From contig JBFFUI010000001.1 in assembly GCA_041571435.1 (NCBI GenBank), positions 32,001-96,000 of the forward strand: DNA of 64,000 nt. The letters are read 5' to 3'. Of this stretch, positions 21,597 to 29,812 are shown piece by piece (within the stretch, counting starts at the first letter, position 1; each line of letters starts with the position of its first letter). The notes below the pieces were generated by a model. It did not search any database. It worked only from the letters and a program-made list of their open reading frames with translations, and was not told the origin of the DNA. The DNA is from Sulfurimonadaceae bacterium (lineage in GTDB: Bacteria > Campylobacterota > Campylobacteria > Campylobacterales > Sulfurimonadaceae). Made by a program: the position numbers and the translations under genes.

Positions 21597-21685
21597 GGAG
21601 ATCTGGCTGAGTTGGTCGAAAGCACCGGTCTTGAAAACCGGCGAGGGTCACACCTCCCAGGGTTCGAATCCCTGGGTCTCCACCA
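21597..21685 (+). tRNA. tRNA-Ser (TGA)
   Basis: ggagatc/ggtctcc acceptor, loop ctTGAaa, long variable arm, CCA. Confidence 0.96.
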
Positions 21686-21972
21686 CTACATTTTACAATC
21701 CCTAACAAACCCCTAAATTACGAACTTTCAAACGATTTAAAAAACGATGCTTTTCTAAAAGTGATACCTAATATGTATTTTTATCAACTTTCTTTTTACG
21801 TTTTAACTTTCTAAATTTCACCACATGTCTCCTCTTTTATCTCTAAACAAGAACAATTTTTGTCGTATTGAACTGTTTTGTTAATTTTAAACATTTTTTG
21901 TAGAAAAAAGTAATTAATTGTTTAAGACTATAGTGTATAGAATGTCCGGTATTAAATAGTTAGGCTAAAAAA

Positions 21973-22452
21973 ATAAAAACGCTATTATTCATATCAGTTT
22001 TGCTCTTTAGCGTTATTGGTAATGCACAGTCTCAAGATGTATGCATAGCTAATAATTTGGCACAAATATCAGGTGTCATGCCCGGTGATTCTAAAAAAAT
22101 CGTTATAGAGAAACTAGGCAAACCTGATTCTGTAACACTTAAGCATGATAGGGATTCTAGCGGACAAAATGCTGGAGAATTTCTTCAGTATAAAGGGCTT
22201 GAGTTATTTGTTGCTAACATAGGTGGCGTTTCATATATGAAAGCATACAACGCTAAATATGAAAGCGTTTATGGTATTAAAGTAGGCATGTCATATGAAA
22301 AAGTTAGCAAATTACTCGATTCAACTGATAAGAACAAAATAATTATTTATCTTTGTAATCAACCTGATATCGTAGATACTCATTTTATTTTTAATTTCAG
22401 CGCTATAGGAGGCACTCTTGAATCTATTGAATTACAACAAAGCGAATTGTAA
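21973..22452 (+). CDS. Cassette-borne secreted hypothetical protein; start appears to be ATA (mutated ATG?)
   Basis: In-frame upstream extension of the 22000 ORF gives a complete signal peptide (I)KTLLFISVLLFSVIGNAQS; stop immediately precedes attC. Confidence 0.6.
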   Translation: MKTLLFISVLLFSVIGNAQSQDVCIANNLAQISGVMPGDSKKIVIEKLGKPDSVTLKHDRDSSGQNAGEFLQYKGLELFVANIGGVSYMKAYNAKYESVYGIKVGMSYEKVSKLLDSTDKNKIIIYLCNQPDIVDTHFIFNFSAIGGTLESIELQQSEL

Positions 22453-22524
22453 GCCTAACAAACCAAAGGAGACCAATCAAAAACCCGCGAGCGGCTTTTT
22501 GATTGCTCATCTTAAACGTTATGT
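22453..22524 (+). repeat. attC recombination site (72 bp)
   Basis: RYYYAAC inverse core GCCTAAC, central imperfect palindrome caatcaaaaa-cccgc-ga-gcggc-tttttgattg flanked by gag/ctc, GTTRRRY-like core GTTATGT. Confidence 0.85.
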
Positions 22525-22546
22525 TCCCAAATCTAAAGGATAAAAA

Positions 22547-23338
22547 ATGATAAAAATATTATCGTCAGCCATACTTCTCTTAAGTATAGGTGTCGACCTG
22601 CACGCTTACAACTATGGCTCACTTGAAGGCAATATGAAAGGGTGTGAAGAAGGTAATCCAAAGGCATGCAATGATTTGGCCGGAATGTATCTCTCTGGTG
22701 AGAGTAAATATAAATTAAGAGAAGACAAAACAAAAGCCCAAGAGTTCTATGACAAATCAATGAGCCTATATAGCAAATATTGTGATGAAGGGGATGCAAA
22801 AGCCTGTTTCGATTTAGGAGACAAATATAATGGAATGAGATAGGGTATTGACCAGAACTATACGATGATGATGAAGTACTATACCAAGTCATGCGAATAT
22901 GGTTATGGTTTTGCGTGTAATGAACTTGGGGGAGCATACAAGAGGGGCAGAGGTGTCAACAAAGACAAAGCTAAGTCACAAATATTTTATGACAAAGCCC
23001 TTGTTCTGTATGAAAAAGAGTGTGTAGGTGGAATGGCAAAATCTTGTAAACACCTAGGCCTAATCTATCTGCTTGAAATGTACGGCACTAAAAATATCGA
23101 CAACAAAGCAAAAAAACATTTTAAAAAAGCATATGATATTTATGAAACTGATTGTAACAATAATGATGCAGAAGGATGTTATCAAATCGCATCATCTTAC
23201 CTGAGAGGCGATAAAGTTATAAATATTGTCAAAGACGAAATATTAGCCAAAGAATTTTATGAGAAGTCATGCAAACTAGGCGAATCAAGTGCCTGTCATG
23301 AAGCAAGGCGAATTGGCGAAAAACTAAATATGCCCTAA
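22547..23338 (+). pseudogene. Secreted Cys-rich Sel1-like repeat protein interrupted by an in-frame TAG (22841-22843)
   Basis: ORFs 22547-22843 and 22865-23338 are in the same frame and are bridged by GIDQNYT; repeated KACxxLG / YYxKSC motifs; signal peptide. Confidence 0.8.
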
Positions 23339-23344
23339 TAATGA

Positions 23345-23380
23345 GGGAGATAACAAAGGAGACCAGTTAAAAACCTACGG
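23345..23380 (+). repeat. Truncated second attC (left arm only)
   Basis: gataac-aaaggagaccagttaaaaacctacg resembles cctaac-aaacc-aaaggagaccaatcaaaaacccgcg of the first attC; right arm is missing. Confidence 0.65.
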
Positions 23381-23479
23381 TTGTCCCAGTTTGATATAGA
23401 CCGATACTGCGATGATGCCCATATAGACGATCGCAATGTAATTTATCTTTCTTCGGTAGTAGTGTGTCAACGCTTTCAT
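23375..23479 (-). CDS. 34-aa single-TM peptide, possibly a truncated gene
   Basis: AAGGA RBS, MKALTHYYRRKINYIAIVYMGIIAVSVYIKLGQP*; the stop codon lies inside the attC remnant. Confidence 0.45.
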   Translation of the reverse strand: MKALTHYYRRKINYIAIVYMGIIAVSVYIKLGQP

Positions 23480-23491
23480 CTTGTTTCCTTT

Positions 23492-23914
23492 TTATAGCTT
23501 GAGTTGGATATTTTCGCAGTGGTCCTGCTCATGGGAACAGGCCGTAGAGACTTGGCGGTCCAGCGGTTTCTCGATCAACGACTCCACGATCGTCTGCTGG
23601 AACCCGCACAGTTTTTTGCCGCTGATGACCATTAGCGGTCTTTTGATAAGGATCGGTTCGCGCATCAGCAGCTGCAGTGCCACCGCCGGACTCATCTGCT
23701 CCGGTTTGACCGTCCCGTTCTTGATGGCCGGGGCATTCGGATTGAACCACTCGGTATGCGGCTTGTCCAGTAAAAAGGCGTAGAGCTCGTTGGTAGCCAG
23801 CCCGTGTTCCAGAAGATTACACTCGATCACGATACACCCCGCTTCACGAAGGATCTTCTTCTGCTTGGCATTGGTGACGCAGCCCGGTTTTTCGTAAAAG
23901 AGAACGATTTTCAT
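23492..23914 (-). CDS. Nitrogenase-associated ArsC/Spx-family protein
   Basis: FYEKPGCxTNAKQK, WFNPNAPAIKNG, EPILIKRPL pattern of the nif-associated (NifO-like) subfamily; coupled to the upstream ORF. Confidence 0.8.
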   Translation of the reverse strand: MKIVLFYEKPGCVTNAKQKKILREAGCIVIECNLLEHGLATNELYAFLLDKPHTEWFNPNAPAIKNGTVKPEQMSPAVALQLLMREPILIKRPLMVISGKKLCGFQQTIVESLIEKPLDRQVSTACSHEQDHCENIQLKL

Positions 23915-24165
23915 CCCATTTCCACCATATCGATCGCTTTGTCGGTCAGACAGTAGGTCTGGATACCGTCGTCATGCAGGTTCATGCATTCGCTGACACA
24001 GCCTGCATCGGAGAGGGTCTCTATGGTCGCTTCGATGACAGAGAGCTCAAGCCCCAGATATTCGGCCAAATCATACGAATCATAGACATTGTAGTTGTCT
24101 TCGTCACAAAGGTTGTAAATTCCTTTCATAACACTTTTGATAATAGGCGGTGTCACAACACTCAT
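23911..24165 (-). CDS. Small acidic hypothetical protein (winged-helix-like)
   Basis: 84 aa, DLAEYLGL...TIETLSDAG...YCLTDKA; ATGA overlaps on both sides. Confidence 0.7.
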   Translation of the reverse strand: MSVVTPPIIKSVMKGIYNLCDEDNYNVYDSYDLAEYLGLELSVIEATIETLSDAGCVSECMNLHDDGIQTYCLTDKAIDMVEMG

Positions 24166-25199
24166 GCCGTCTCCTTAAGTACGTTGATCTGCTTCTGCCA
24201 GGCGATCTTCTGAAGCGGGTGAAGCGAGGTCCGCTCCATCCACTGCTCAAAAGCGCTGACATAATGCTCTTTTACATACAAATGCAAGTTCTGTACCTGT
24301 TCGCCAAGCAGCTGCAGGTAAGCTCTCGCCTCATCGACACTAAACCTTTTCACAGGCTGCAGGCGGCGTGAAACACCCTCGAGAAGCTTCTCATCGGCCG
24401 CGTCGCCGACGATCTCCAAGAACCTTGACGCCGCGCTCGGGTCGGCAAAGGTCTCGTTCCAGATACGCCCGTTGATCACCTGGTCGCAGGCCAGGTCCAT
24501 AAAGACGGGGTAGCGCTCCAGCACTGCCACCAGCTCGGTAAAATCATTGTCGACCATGGCACGAAACAACATTCGGCTACGATTGCGTATCTTGACACGC
24601 AGTTTGTCGTCGTTGATCACCTCTTTGTTGACCAGGTTAAAACGCTCGAGTGCCCAAAGACGCGAGTGGTTGAAGGCCATGATCGCAACAATGACATTTT
24701 TGTCGCTCACCTGGTCGGGGTGTGATCCGGATGGTCGGTAAAAGGCCCACTCCAGGCGCGCCTCCACATCCTCATGGTGCATGTAGAGCGCATCGCCTCT
24801 CGCTTCGTAATCACTCTCTTCCTGAAGCGCCTCTATCGCCTCGGGTCTGTAGTGTTCCATGATGTAGTCGATGGACTCCTCAAGGCGCTTGTCGCCGCCG
24901 AAGATGACGTCGTTTGTCGTGATGCCCGTCGTAAAGCCCATCACCGTGTGGTCACGCCCTTCATACGAGCTCAGGGTCTCGCGGGTCTCCCACGAGGCGC
25001 CCAGACAGGTCTGCGGCCCGTGCACCAGGTGCACGGCGTCGGCATAGGGAAAGAGCGAGATCTGCGCGCCGTCAAACGCACAGCCCCCCGCCGCCAGTCC
25101 GGGTTTTGGCATGTCACAGCCGGCACCCGGTTTTTTGTCCTTACTGTGCGAACAGGCACTCTCGTTCATCAGCTCTTTGATCTTTGCGCGATTGACCAT
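24162..25199 (-). pseudogene. nifE: Chimeric ORF: N-terminal ~122 aa of NifE fused in frame to the C-terminal part of an unrelated hypothetical protein
   Basis: KPGLAAGGCAFDGAQISL, HLVHGPQTC, NDVIFGGDKRL...YRPEAI match the NifE N-terminus. Similarity stops before the expected third Cys/IGDD motif. Confidence 0.8.
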
Positions 25200-25234
25200 G
25201 GGGTCTCCTTGCGATCTGTTGTTCTATACCCTAG

Positions 25235-25250
25235 TGCAAGAAGTGTGCGA
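25235..25250 (-). promoter_or_regulatory. Degenerate sigma-54 (-24/-12) promoter upstream of nifE
   Basis: TCGCAC-ACTTC-TTGCA versus consensus TGGCAC-N5-TTGCA; one mismatch in the GG. Confidence 0.6.
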
Positions 25251-25289
25251 GTTGGCAGGAAGATAAGTATTTAAGGAGCTTTTACTCTT

Positions 25290-25438
25290 CACCCTCCAAC
25301 ATCAGAAAGGTCACCTGCTCCTTCGGCGTCAGCGCCGCCAGAAACCAAAACGACACCTTCGAGACCCTCTTCGAACAGGCCGACAAAGCGCTCTATCTTG
25401 CGAAAAAACTGGGGAAAAACAGGGTCTGCAGCTGGTAA
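25290..25438 (+). pseudogene. C-terminal remnant of a GGDEF-domain gene
   Basis: Translates to ...RKVTCSFGVSAARNQNDTFETLFEQADKALYLAKKLGKNRVCSW*; no upstream start. Confidence 0.8.
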
Positions 25439-25453
25439 CGGCTAGCGGGAGCG
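25423..25453 (+). repeat. 31-bp perfect direct repeat, copy 1
   Basis: ggtctgcagctggtaacggctagcgggagcg, identical at 27385-27415. Confidence 0.95.
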
Positions 25454-25457
25454 AATG

Positions 25458-25562
25458 CTCTCGTTTAACAGCTCATTGATCTTTGCGCTTTTTCGAACAG
25501 AGAGGCTTCAGCGTCGAAGAGACCGTCATCGATGAGGACTAAGAGCTGTCCGAAGAGCTGGA
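25458..25562 (+). repeat. Joined degenerate copies of nifE 5' sequence (25159-25189) and an internal mdaB-like segment (27597-27673)
   Basis: 28/31 and 71/77 nt identity by manual alignment; the two pieces overlap at a cgc microhomology. Confidence 0.85.
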
Positions 25563-25652
25563 CATCCAAGCTATCTCGCCTATTCTTAAGTTGAATGCTG
25601 TATTATCAATATAAGTAATACTACTAAACACCTCTACGCTAAAAGGACCATC

Positions 25653-27368
25653 ATGGATAAACTTAATGACCTGTTTCTGTTTTCTATCCAGTTGTTTGTC
25701 ATTGTTTTCATCATGTACACGATCTACAAATTCATCTACGACCGCTTTTTGCAGCACAAAAGTACCCTGCTGGAAAACTACCCGGTACTCGGCAGGATAC
25801 GCTATCTTTGCGAAGCGATCCGCGAACCGATGCGCCAGTACTTCGGCTCCGAGGACGGTTTCGGTACCCGCGACAAACTCGACTGGGTCTACAAAGCTGC
25901 AAAGAACCAGAAAAACTATATCTCCTTCGCGCTTGGTTCCAAGACCAATGAGGCGAAATACATCCTCAAGCATGCCAACTTCGCACTCAACGACAACGAA
26001 GTAAGCGACGATATGTCGGTGACGTTCGGTGCAGATCTTCAGCATCCCTACACCAGCCACTCCATCGTGATCCGTTCCGCCATGAGCGACGGGGCACTCA
26101 GCCCCGAAGCGACCCGGGCATTTTCGCGCGCTTCATACTTGGATCAATTCCCCATCAACACCGGCGAAGGGGGACTGACATCTAACCTCTTCGAGACGCA
26201 CGCTATACCGGACACGCACGACTACCTTGTCACACGTTCAGGCAGCGCTTGGCAGCGCGCGCTTTACCGCATGGCGTACAAGATTGTCAGCCCCATTTAT
26301 GCCATCCGTCTCTACAGAAAACTGCTCCTTCCCAAAGAGGAACGCTACCGCTATATCCTCGACCGCGAGAAACTTGTCTTTTTCCATCCGGACTGGAACG
26401 CGCCACTTGAGAGCTTCCCGCAAGAGGTGCCCGAGGATATGCCTGACATCGTTTTGCAGATAGGTTCGGGACTCTACGGCGTACGCAATGCGACAGGCGA
26501 GTTCGATCCGCAGCGTTACAAGAAAGTGATGCGTTTCTGCCGGATGACCGAGATCAAGCTCGCCCAGGGGGCAAAACAGACGGGCGGAAAACTCACCGGC
26601 AGCAAAGTCACCTCGGATATAGCCTACTATAGGGGTGTCAATGCCGGCGTCGACCTCTTCAGCCCGAACCGTTTTCCCTACGGCAAAGACTTGGAGACGT
26701 TCATAGGTTTTGTCGACAACCTGAAAACGCTCTCGGAAAAACCCGTAGGGATCAAGATCGTGATCTCCGACAAGGACTATGTCGACACACTGCTTGCGAC
26801 CATGAAACAGTACAGTGACGAAGGCAAACGCATCATCGACTTCATCACCGTCGACAGCGGCGAAGGGGGAAGCGCCACCGCACCGCTTGCCATGATGGAA
26901 GCCGTGGGACTGCCGCTGGACAGTTCCCTGTTCATCCTCGATACGCTGCTCAAGAAGCATAAGCTGCGAGACCAGGTGAAGGTCATCGCCAGCGGCAAGA
27001 TACTGACGCCTGACGATGTCATCACCACCCTCGCACTGGGTGCCGACATGATCTCGATCGGCAGGGGTTTCATGCTCAGTGCGGGATGCATCCGTGCACG
27101 GGTCTGCTCCGGTGCGACCGGGCAGGCCTGCCCGGTCGGACTTGCCACCCAGGACCCAGGGAAACGGGCCTCCTTTCATGTCATCGAAAAATCCCGCACG
27201 ATCGCCAACTACCACCACAACCTGATCAACGGGGTCAAAGAGATGCTCGCCATTCTCGGCAAGAAAAAGGTCAATATGCTAAACATCCGCGACCTGACCT
27301 ACATCAAAAAAGACGGTGAAGTCTTTTACGATGTCCAAGAATACCTTCACCAGAAGGTCCATGTTTGA
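25653..27368 (+). CDS. FMN-binding glutamate synthase family protein with N-terminal membrane anchor
   Basis: SAMSDGALS, NTGEGG, EIKLAQGAK, KPVGIK, VDSGEGGS, CIRARVC...CPVGLATQD (3Fe-4S Cys motif). Confidence 0.9.
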   Translation: MDKLNDLFLFSIQLFVIVFIMYTIYKFIYDRFLQHKSTLLENYPVLGRIRYLCEAIREPMRQYFGSEDGFGTRDKLDWVYKAAKNQKNYISFALGSKTNEAKYILKHANFALNDNEVSDDMSVTFGADLQHPYTSHSIVIRSAMSDGALSPEATRAFSRASYLDQFPINTGEGGLTSNLFETHAIPDTHDYLVTRSGSAWQRALYRMAYKIVSPIYAIRLYRKLLLPKEERYRYILDREKLVFFHPDWNAPLESFPQEVPEDMPDIVLQIGSGLYGVRNATGEFDPQRYKKVMRFCRMTEIKLAQGAKQTGGKLTGSKVTSDIAYYRGVNAGVDLFSPNRFPYGKDLETFIGFVDNLKTLSEKPVGIKIVISDKDYVDTLLATMKQYSDEGKRIIDFITVDSGEGGSATAPLAMMEAVGLPLDSSLFILDTLLKKHKLRDQVKVIASGKILTPDDVITTLALGADMISIGRGFMLSAGCIRARVCSGATGQACPVGLATQDPGKRASFHVIEKSRTIANYHHNLINGVKEMLAILGKKKVNMLNIRDLTYIKKDGEVFYDVQEYLHQKVHV

Positions 27369-27384
27369 GCATTAAAACCGCCGC

Positions 27385-27415
27385 GGTCTGCAGCTGGTAA
27401 CGGCTAGCGGGAGCG
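27385..27415 (+). repeat. 31-bp perfect direct repeat, copy 2
   Basis: Identical to 25423-25453. Confidence 0.95.
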
Positions 27416-27506
27416 CTCTCTCCCCTTCATTGCTTCTTTGCCCTTTGCCCGTTTTCCTTTGAGGGATATACTATGCGGATACCCCTAAGAAAACAAGGAG
27501 ACCCCC

Positions 27507-28094
27507 ATGCCGAACATCCTAATACTAAACCTGCACCAGAAGTACGAAGGCTTCGCCGAAGGCAAGCTGAACAAGACGATCACCGAAGCGGCGAAACGCT
27601 TTTTCGAACAGCGAGGCTTCAGCGTCGAAGAGACCGTCATCGATGAGGGCTACGAAATCTCCGAAGAGCTGGAGAAGTTCGGCCGCGCCGACACCATTTT
27701 CGTCCAGAGCCCCGTCTACTGGATGGGGCTGCCGTGGCTGGGCAAAAAGTACCTCGACGAGATCCTCTCGGGCGGCTACGGCAGCGTCACCTACAACAAC
27801 GACGGGCGCGCGGACGGCGGCAAGTACGGCAGCGGCGGCCTGATGAAGCCAAAGCGCTACATGCTCAGCTTTACCTACAACTGCCCGACGAGCGAATTTG
27901 ACAATCCCGACGGCTTTTTCGAAGGGCTCAGCGTTGACGGGGCGAACGTCGCGCTGCACAAGGCCTTCCAATTCTGCGGAGCAACGCCGCTGGAGAGCTT
28001 CTCCGTCCACGACGTCTACGGCAAAGGGTTCGAACTCGCCCCCAACCTCGAACGTCTGCAAGCCCTGCTGGAACGCAACTTCCCCACAGCATAA
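27507..28094 (+). CDS. mdaB: MdaB-like NAD(P)H:quinone oxidoreductase (flavodoxin-2 fold)
   Basis: QSPVYWMGLPWLGKKYLDE, DGRADGGKYGSGGLM, YMLSFTYN, FFEG..VD...HKAFQFCG; strong AAGGAG RBS. Confidence 0.8.
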   Translation: MPNILILNLHQKYEGFAEGKLNKTITEAAKRFFEQRGFSVEETVIDEGYEISEELEKFGRADTIFVQSPVYWMGLPWLGKKYLDEILSGGYGSVTYNNDGRADGGKYGSGGLMKPKRYMLSFTYNCPTSEFDNPDGFFEGLSVDGANVALHKAFQFCGATPLESFSVHDVYGKGFELAPNLERLQALLERNFPTA

Positions 28095-28098
28095 CGCA

Positions 28099-28156
28099 CC
28101 GACCAAGCGCTCTATCTTGCGAAAAACTGGGGGAAAATAGGGTTTGCAGCTGGTGA
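28099..28156 (+). repeat. Third, degenerate copy of the GGDEF tail
   Basis: ccgaccaagcgctctatcttgcgaaaaactgggggaaaatagggtttgcagctggtga aligns to 25380-25438. Confidence 0.85.
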
Positions 28157-28273
28157 TAGTATAGCAATAGCGAGAACTTTCGTTCATCAGCTTTTGACAG
28201 TGCCAGTCCGTAAAAAGATCGCGGAGCAGGAAGCGGCAGACGCCCACTAAGCTACACCCCGGGAGTTGAACCT

Positions 28274-28753
28274 CTAGGCGTTGTTCCATGCAAGTTCATA
28301 ACCGCTGATGATCTCTTTTTGGATGAGGACCTCTCGTATGAGATTAAATCCCGCATTCCCTATGGGAAACACTTCAAACTGCATCGTCAGTCTGTCTAGG
28401 CCCAGGCGTTCTTTGTTTTGAAACGCGATGATGCCAGTCCACATCCCTTTTGAGACACCCACTTTCAGACTCGAAAGTTCTATGCTCCGCTTTCCGAAGA
28501 AAAACCACTCTTTTGTAATGCGCGTCTTGCCGATGGTAAGGCGCTTAAAAAAGCTGACATCAAAAAGCTTGACCAGACCTGCGGCCAACACGAAGCTGCC
28601 GAAGATCGAAGTAATGCAATGGTTTAGATAGAGCATTAGTAACCCCACTACGATCATCGTAAGTGATCCCATTGCCATAACAATGCGTTTATCATCATCA
28701 TATACGAAGGTATAGACCGGTCTCTCTCTTTCCATTACTGTCGTCAGGTACAC
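28274..28753 (-). CDS. Hypothetical two-TM membrane protein
   Basis: 159-aa ORF with two hydrophobic helices followed by a soluble beta-rich domain. Confidence 0.6.
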   Translation of the reverse strand: MYLTTVMERERPVYTFVYDDDKRIVMAMGSLTMIVVGLLMLYLNHCITSIFGSFVLAAGLVKLFDVSFFKRLTIGKTRITKEWFFFGKRSIELSSLKVGVSKGMWTGIIAFQNKERLGLDRLTMQFEVFPIGNAGFNLIREVLIQKEIISGYELAWNNA

Positions 28754-29001
28754 ATCAACTCTCTTATAACTTTTCTATTTAGTCTATATTCTAGTGGTAT
28801 AAAACTTAAACTACATCATACGCAATAACATCTTTTGTTTCTATAGAACAGCTATCTTTTCGATCAGCCGCTTGTGCCACCCTGCTAAAATTTAATCACT
28901 TTCTTGCTGCAGCTGTCCAAAAAAATGGCCATACGGGCGCTACCCCCTCTTCTCAAAATATCGCTACAATAGAGGCATAACTGTTTCAAAAGGAGCCTCC
29001 T

Positions 29002-29745
29002 GTGAAAGCGTTACTGTGTGATATAGGCGGGGTGCTGTATGTGGGGGAGACGCCCATAGAAGGTGCTGTTGAGGCGATCGCCCTGTTGAAAAAACGCGTG
29101 CCGGTGCGGTTTTTGACCAACACCACCCAGAAGACGGGCGCCCAGGTGGTCGAAAAACTGCTGAAGATGGGCTTTGACATCGAACCCTCCGAAGTCATCA
29201 CGGCGCTCGACGTCACGAAGATGCTGCTTGAGCGCGAAAAGAGCGGGGCCCTCTTCCTCCTCACCGATGACGCGACACGCTTTTTCGACGACCTCCCCAA
29301 AGAGCCCTGCCACTACGTCGTGGTCGGCGACGCGCAACAGAACTTCAGCTACGAGAACCTCAACCGGGCCTTCAAGGTGCTGCTGCAGGGCGGCGAACTG
29401 CTTGCCGCGGCGAAGAACCGCTACTTCAAGGACCATGACGGCGAACTGAGCATGGATGCCGGCGGGTTCGTGGCGACGCTGGAGTACGCCAGCGGTCAGG
29501 AGGCCCGCATCGTCGGCAAGCCCAGCAAGGCCTTCTACCACCTCGCCTGCAGCGCAATGGGGATGAAGCCCGAAGAGACGGTGATGGTGGGCGACGACAT
29601 CGAAGGCGATGTCCTCGGGGCACAGGAGGCCGGTATCAAAGCCGTCCTCGTGAAGAGCGGGAAGTTCTCGCCGCAGGACCTCGAGCGCGGCATCACCCCG
29701 GACGCGCTCCTGGACTCCGTCGCAGAGATCGGCACCCTATTCTGA
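29002..29745 (+). CDS. HAD-IIA hydrolase (TIGR01458/LHPP-like)
   Basis: CDIGGVLY, FLTNTT, VGKPS, MVGDDIEGDV, VKSGKF; GTG start with AGGAG RBS. Confidence 0.88.
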   Translation: MKALLCDIGGVLYVGETPIEGAVEAIALLKKRVPVRFLTNTTQKTGAQVVEKLLKMGFDIEPSEVITALDVTKMLLEREKSGALFLLTDDATRFFDDLPKEPCHYVVVGDAQQNFSYENLNRAFKVLLQGGELLAAAKNRYFKDHDGELSMDAGGFVATLEYASGQEARIVGKPSKAFYHLACSAMGMKPEETVMVGDDIEGDVLGAQEAGIKAVLVKSGKFSPQDLERGITPDALLDSVAEIGTLF

Positions 29746-29812
29746 CGGAGGCCGCTCGAAAACTGTGTGCTTTAGCAGCTAGCCTCTCTGCGCGCTGTGA
29801 ACTGGAGTGCTG

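Larger units (their letters stand above)
21959..23380 (+). mobile_element. Two integron gene cassettes without an integrase in the window (CALIN-like)
   Basis: Cassette 1 opens with GTTAGGC (21959) and closes with the exactly complementary GCCTAAC (22453). Cassette 2 opens with GTTATGTTCCC (22518) and closes with GGGAGATAAC (23345-23354). AT-rich ORFs. Confidence 0.8.

Noticed and set aside
21700-21712. cctaacaaacc just after tRNA-Ser matching the start of attC
   Set aside because: Only 11 bp in AT-rich DNA, with no palindrome or GTT core at a suitable distance.
22841-22843. In-frame TAG as pyrrolysine or programmed read-through
   Set aside because: No pyl genes are in the window, TAG is used as a normal stop by other genes here, and neighbouring lesions favour simple decay.
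25380-28197. Repeats as a CRISPR array
   Set aside because: Spacing is irregular and kilobase-scale, the repeats derive from coding sequence, and there are no cas genes. No CRISPR array was seen anywhere in the window.
28241-28273. tRNA-like words on the minus strand (ggttcaactccc, ggggtgtagcttagtgg) as a possible attR/tRNA fragment
   Set aside because: The pieces are in the wrong order for a cloverleaf and do not match the 3' end of tRNA-Ser or the other tRNAs in the window.
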